Positions 58,911-64,000 of a stretch of 64,000 bases of DNA are shown in pieces. The position numbers were made by a program, and so were the translations under genes. The stretch is from Amoebophrya sp. A120 (Eukaryota > Protista > Dinoflagellata). Below the pieces are notes generated by a model. That model saw nothing but the letters and a program-made list of their open reading frames with translations. It did no database searches and was not told the origin of the DNA. How positions within the stretch are numbered: position 1 is the first letter of the stretch; every line of letters starts with the position of its first letter. Location of the stretch: contig CAJINV010000004.1 in assembly GCA_905178155.1 (NCBI GenBank), positions 3,063,014-3,127,013 on the forward strand, in the 5' to 3' direction.

Positions 58911-61058
58911 GCTGGTGGCTAAAGATCTTTGGCAAGAATAAGTAGGAGCGAGGCGGTTTGCCCGCCCAAAGTTGTCTGCTAGCAGCGCGGCATGTGCTGC
59001 CTTGTCCCGGTAGACTAAGACGACCAGGGAAATGCAGTTTTGCTTTTGGTGAAATCTGCTGGCTTTGAAGATAAGCAAGTATCTCCCCCGCTTTTTATTC
59101 CCTTCCGGACGCTGGTCGCCCGGGAGGAAAAATAAAATGTTGCGAAATCAAACGCATTCTGAAAGGAGAACAAGGACCACGTAAAGAACAAAAGGAACAG
59201 ATTACACAAGGAATGTCGAGGAAAATAACGATGGAAAAAAACTGACGAAAAAAACCCAAATACTTCAATACACGAGCCGACGAACCCAGCAACATCACGG
59301 TCGACACGGGGGCCTGAAAAGACATTTTTGCTTTTTGTCAGTGCACTTTCTTCTCGTCCTTCGTTTTTCAGCTTCACCTGGAAGCAATGAGTGTGATCAA
59401 GTCAAAGCGCAGTTGTGCATTCATGAAAGCAGCAGACTTCTCGTTCGTCATCATGACCATGTGGTGGAGTGCTGGTGTCGTGTGAAAGATACTTAGACTT
59501 ACATTGTACTTTTACGATTGATTGCATTCAGTTTCATATTAGCCACAGGTGCATGTGGGCAGTAATTCTCTTCAATGTGAGTTCGTAAATTTTGTAATCT
59601 TTATCTTTTCATCATTCGGTAGGAGCTTCGGTTTGCTGCAGCAAAATATGAAATGCGATTAGCTCCTGGAGGACGATGCAGAAGCAGATGAAGCGGAGGT
59701 TACTACCTCAACAACGCACCGGCTTTGGCCTCCTTTTTTGCCATACCATTACATTCATTTTCATCTTTCTTCTGTAGCAAGTGCTAGTGGAAAAATATTA
59801 CCATGGTAATACGTCTTTTTTTTCTCCGGCTACTATACAACTGTTTGTGCAAAAATAATGTTACACACTACAGTAGGATACGACGAGCCGCCAATGAATA
59901 TAAGGTCTAACGCCTTTCTTGCGCCTCGCTGATACGTTTAGGACGTTATCAGTTCGGCACGAACGTCGCAACTACTCACAGTCAATGAGATGAAAATTAG
60001 AATGTTAAAACCAAGAAAAAAGGCGGAAAAAGTGGTACAGTTTACATGATCTGCATATAATCAAGGTCGACGTCGGGGTTGGAGTCGTGAATCGCTTTCT
60101 TCGCGTCGATCGCATTTGTTACGTGATAGAGCTTGAGAAACTGACCATGACCACCGAGGTTCCAGCATCGATATCGGTTCTCCTGAGAACCATCCAGCCA
60201 CCTTCACAAATGCTTCATAGAGACTCAAATATGTGCATACGAGAAGGAAACCATGCTAAGAAGCGGAGTGGATTCTATGAACAATAAAAAACCAAGACAC
60301 TTCTGCCTTGAACAATAGCCCAATTGAGTTAGAGTTAGAAACAACGAACTACTTACTGTTACTTAAAAAATAGAGACACGCAGTACAGGTGCAGCTTCAT
60401 CTCGTCACACTCCGCGTGTCAACATGATGACGAAGCGATGCCGTTAGTGCGCAAACAAGTGATGCTTCAGACGCCGACGTCATCAAGGAGAAGACTTAAA
60501 ACATCCTAAGGACCACAACACTTTGAAAACAAAAGAAAGTCGAGATTTATGAAGACGCTGTGTGAAGACGACACGCCACAGCGCACCCAAACTGAAGACC
60601 CTGGTTTAGGTGAGCCGACACGCCCGTGTCTCCACCTCTAGCAGAAAATTATGACTTGGACTGTTTGGTTCTCTGATATGCTTCTGCTTGCATAAAAAAT
60701 GGACTCCTATCTTTGTACTGGTACTCTACCCTGGATAAAATTGCAAGTATTTCGCGTATTATAGCTGATTCTTCGTCGTGTGTACGATCTCTGTACCTGG
60801 TATGCTGTTCTTGTTCAACCCTTCGCCGGTTAAAATCAAATGAAAGCTCAAGACTCTTAGTACAGGTTTTGATGACTTCACTTTGTTCAGCTTATTTTCG
60901 GTGGTCTAATCCATAAATCTATTTGTATTTGCATCGAAACGACTTTAACTTTTACAACTACAACTTTGCAACATGTTGATGTTGTCGTTCTTGAAAAACG
61001 TCAACATGTGTAAATCAAATAAATTTCCATTCGTGGCCATACACTGCTGGTCCTACTT

Positions 61059-64000
61059 TCACGCGGATTGCAGTAAGGTTTTCTGCTGGTCCATTGCCGC
61101 CCCCAGCTGCTCCGCGTTCTGCAACAGTGCCTGCGACTGGGCCCGGGCCAGTTCCTTGCTCGAGATCTTGCCTCCGGCGGGCCCCCGGTGGTCCGCACCG
61201 CCTCCTCGCATGTGCAGCTGGTTGTACTGCTGGTCACTTATTCCCGTATTGCCGCCGCTCATACCACTCACGTATCAAGTCTTGCAGAAGTATCGTACTT
61301 CTAGTAGTTTTAGAGTGCATTTAAAAAGTTGGTCAGCATGACAAATTCCAGATTTAGTTCAGGAAGGATATATCCTTTGCCGTGCATGATTGCACTACTA
61401 CTACGTCGTCGAATGATCTCACGTACTAGTACAACGACCACGATATTTCTGCACAGGATATCGTGTCCACTCCCACGAGTGGTCCGACGCTGCTGCCTCG
61501 GACGAGATTCCTGGGGAGTTCGATTTGGTAGTACCAGGGGATGTGCGGGATGGCTTTCTTCTGGCGGAGGGCCTCGAGTCGCGCCGGCAAGTCGCGGTTC
61601 AGCGTGCGGTCCATCAAAGCCTGGCGCTTCACGCCCCGCTTCTGCGCTTCCAAAACCATACTCCCCGCAACTTTCCGGACCAACGTGTTGGACAGCCGGA
61701 AGGGCCCCGCATACTCGTGCTGGTCCGCCTGTTCCCCCGCGGGTCCCGCGCCCGCTCCCGCGCTCGCGCCGGGGTGCGTAATGTTGTGCACCACTCGCTC
61801 TAACGAGAAGCTTCCCCGGGTGGCCGCCTTCGGAGATGGGGCGGATTTATTGCTGTGTTGCTGGTCGTGATGCTGATGCAAGGACGCGAAGGCTGACGTA
61901 GTTGTGTTCGAATGATTGTTCTGGTGCTGAGAGGTGGAAGAGGAGTTTTTGGTTGTACCAGTATCGCCGGTTGCAACAGCAGCACCTGGTGCTGGGCGAT
62001 TTACATTTGCCATTTGGGCTGAAGAACCCCCGTGAAGATTATTCTCCTCATCGCCTTCTCGTTGTGTTCCCAACACATCAGCCCCGTCCTCCTTATGCAC
62101 CTGGTTGAGCACTTCCTGGTTGACATTCCCGATGGAACTCCGTACCTGAGACCCGGACGAGCCCCGGTCCTTCGAGCTCGACCGTTCCTTGGAGCTACCC
62201 CGCCCAGTGCTGCTCAAAATTAAGGAGCTGGTGCCGTGCCCAATGTTGCTGATGAAGTTTCCATATGAATTGCAAAAGTATCGCACTCGTAGTATTGCTG
62301 TTATGCATGACAAATGCTCGCTCCCAAGGTAAAACAGCATATACAAATTTCATTTGTAAAAATGCTAAGTCAATTTGTAATGCAATTCATACTAGTACGA
62401 TGCTTTTGCATCTGATATTCCAAGCCCAGTTTGCTTCTGGCTGTTCTGACTCCCGGTGCCGCCGGAAGAGGAGCTTGCGGACGTACTGTTAGCATTCGGC
62501 ACGAGCGGGACCGGCTCCACAATGTCCATTTCTACCAGCTGCGTCAAGGCCAAAAACTGCCGCAAAGCCTCAAACCGCGCTTGCCCGCTCCAGGGGGGAC
62601 AGGCAGAGGCAAGAATGTCAGCCATGGTCCACGCCGACCGAAAGACCGCAGCCATCTTCACAATCGAGGCGGGGAGAGGGTCCAGCGACTCGATGACTGC
62701 GAGCACGGACCCGATCATAAAGGTGTTTGGCCACCCGGCAACTTCCACCGTTTCGTCCAGATTCTCCTGGCAGGTCACGAATTTCCCGCTGGCGTTGGCG
62801 CTCTTGTCGTGCAGCTGCATGTGGCCGTAGAGCTGGAGCATGGCCATGGCCTCGCGAACGAATAACGCGTTGCCCAGCGTAATGTCGGAAATGTACTTTA
62901 CCTGATAGATCATGCACGATTTTTTGGATTTTCCTACATTTAGCATTTGTTCGCGTGGTACGCCCCCCTCATCAAGTTGTTCTTCGCAATCAATCACTAG
63001 TACCAGCAGTCATTCTCCTTCTCATGCAAAACCTAGCACCTAAATCAATGATGGCACCAATTGTCATGATGTCTGATGATCATCAACATCAACAAAAGCA
63101 CGATAAGTACTAGTGGCATTGGTATGTTTTCTTGGGGGCAGTTCAATTCGATGGACATGTATTCCCCGACAAGTTTCTCGCCAAATCCCTGCGTGTCCAG
63201 CCACACCCCCGTCTGCCTCGTTTCCTTGACGAAGTGCTGCATTACCCGCTCGTAGCCTGGGATCGTTTTTCGGTCGCGTACACACAGCACGATGGTCAAA
63301 TTGTGGCTTGGTTTGTTGTTGTTCGCGTTGTTTTTGAAATTCACCGTGTCGTTCTTTCCACCGCTGGACGCAAGTCCCGTGGAGTTGGTCCCGAAGTTGT
63401 AGTTCGTCGTAGCGGCGGCCCCTGCTCCACCTAAGGACCGCGGATTGCTCTTCACCCCACCGACTCCTGCATTAGCACCCCCGGCGCCCCCCGAACCCAC
63501 GTCGTACCGCTGCTCCCGTAATTCCTTGTACAGTTCGAGCAACGCGTATGACAGTTCACAACTCCACCTCCCCCTCATTTGTATTGCATGAACAGCAATA
63601 CAGACAGCCCCACCTGCGGAGCCTGCGCATGACAAGTTGATGCGCCTAGTGTAGTACTGTTTGGGCTTGCGGAATCTGTCATGTTGGAAGGCTAAGGGCT
63701 GGGCGTCCCCTCGTAAACTATTCTTACAAGCCGTAGCCTCATACTCGGTAAACTCTAGAAGAAATCTCTGGACAACGCGATTTCTATCGAAAGACAAACA
63801 CAACAGCGTCTGGGACGGCCGCGACGGAAGCTGTGTGAATATCTGGATAGAAATAGCCCTGAACAAAAACTTTTCCTAGCACCGAGGGATTAAAAGAAAA
63901 AGTAAGAAACGATGAAAACCGCTACTAAGACACAGTCCCCCCTACGTCGAAACAAAAACACCCTAAAGGTGGTAGCACCAGTAGTATCAGTAATGGTGTC
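61059..64000 (-). CDS. 3' part of a protein with a STAND/AAA-type region like that of ADCY10 / class III cyclase-associated NTPases; 5' end off the window
   Basis: ITLGNALFVREA (GNPLFVEE-like), SVLAVIESLDPLPASIVKMAAVFRSAWT (ARIDRL..LKVAAVIG-like), FRLSNTLVRKVAGSMVLEAQKR (F.H.LIRD.AY..LL...R-like). Confidence 0.6.
61273..61460. mobile_element. Introner-like TIR element family D (diverged)
   Basis: tgcagaagtatcgt / acgatatttctgca; flanks tcacg/tcgtg; junction GVDT|SGMSG. Confidence 0.85.
62264..62417. mobile_element. Introner-like TIR element family D
   Basis: tatgaattgcaaaagtatcg / cgatgcttttgcatctgata; perfect TSD ttcca; junction TGLG|NFISN. Confidence 0.93.

Overview
This is eukaryotic, gene-dense DNA in which every recognisable gene (about 18) lies on the minus strand. 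The unidirectional gene block and the many non-canonical introns with inverted and direct repeats suggest a parasitic dinoflagellate such as Amoebophrya (inference). Recognisable products: a secretory cyclophilin, an intronless alpha-kinase fused to a ParB/Srx-like domain, an AP-3 mu adaptin, a CCDC86/Cgr1-like protein, a BART-domain protein, a STAND/ADCY10-like NTPase region, and several low-complexity or coiled-coil proteins. The dominant signal is 29 small (109-285 bp) non-coding TIR elements from about 8-9 families, all interrupting coding sequence. All share one grammar: TAT...ATA termini, a 5-bp target duplication (perfect in 19 of 29), and a recurrent internal TTGTNATGC motif. Removing the element plus 5 nt restores an open reading frame in each case. 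Only 3 give GT-AG on exact removal, and members of the same family occur in both orientations. One element has an essentially identical empty site 1 kb away. No transposase was found in the window. All coordinates and alignments were read by eye.
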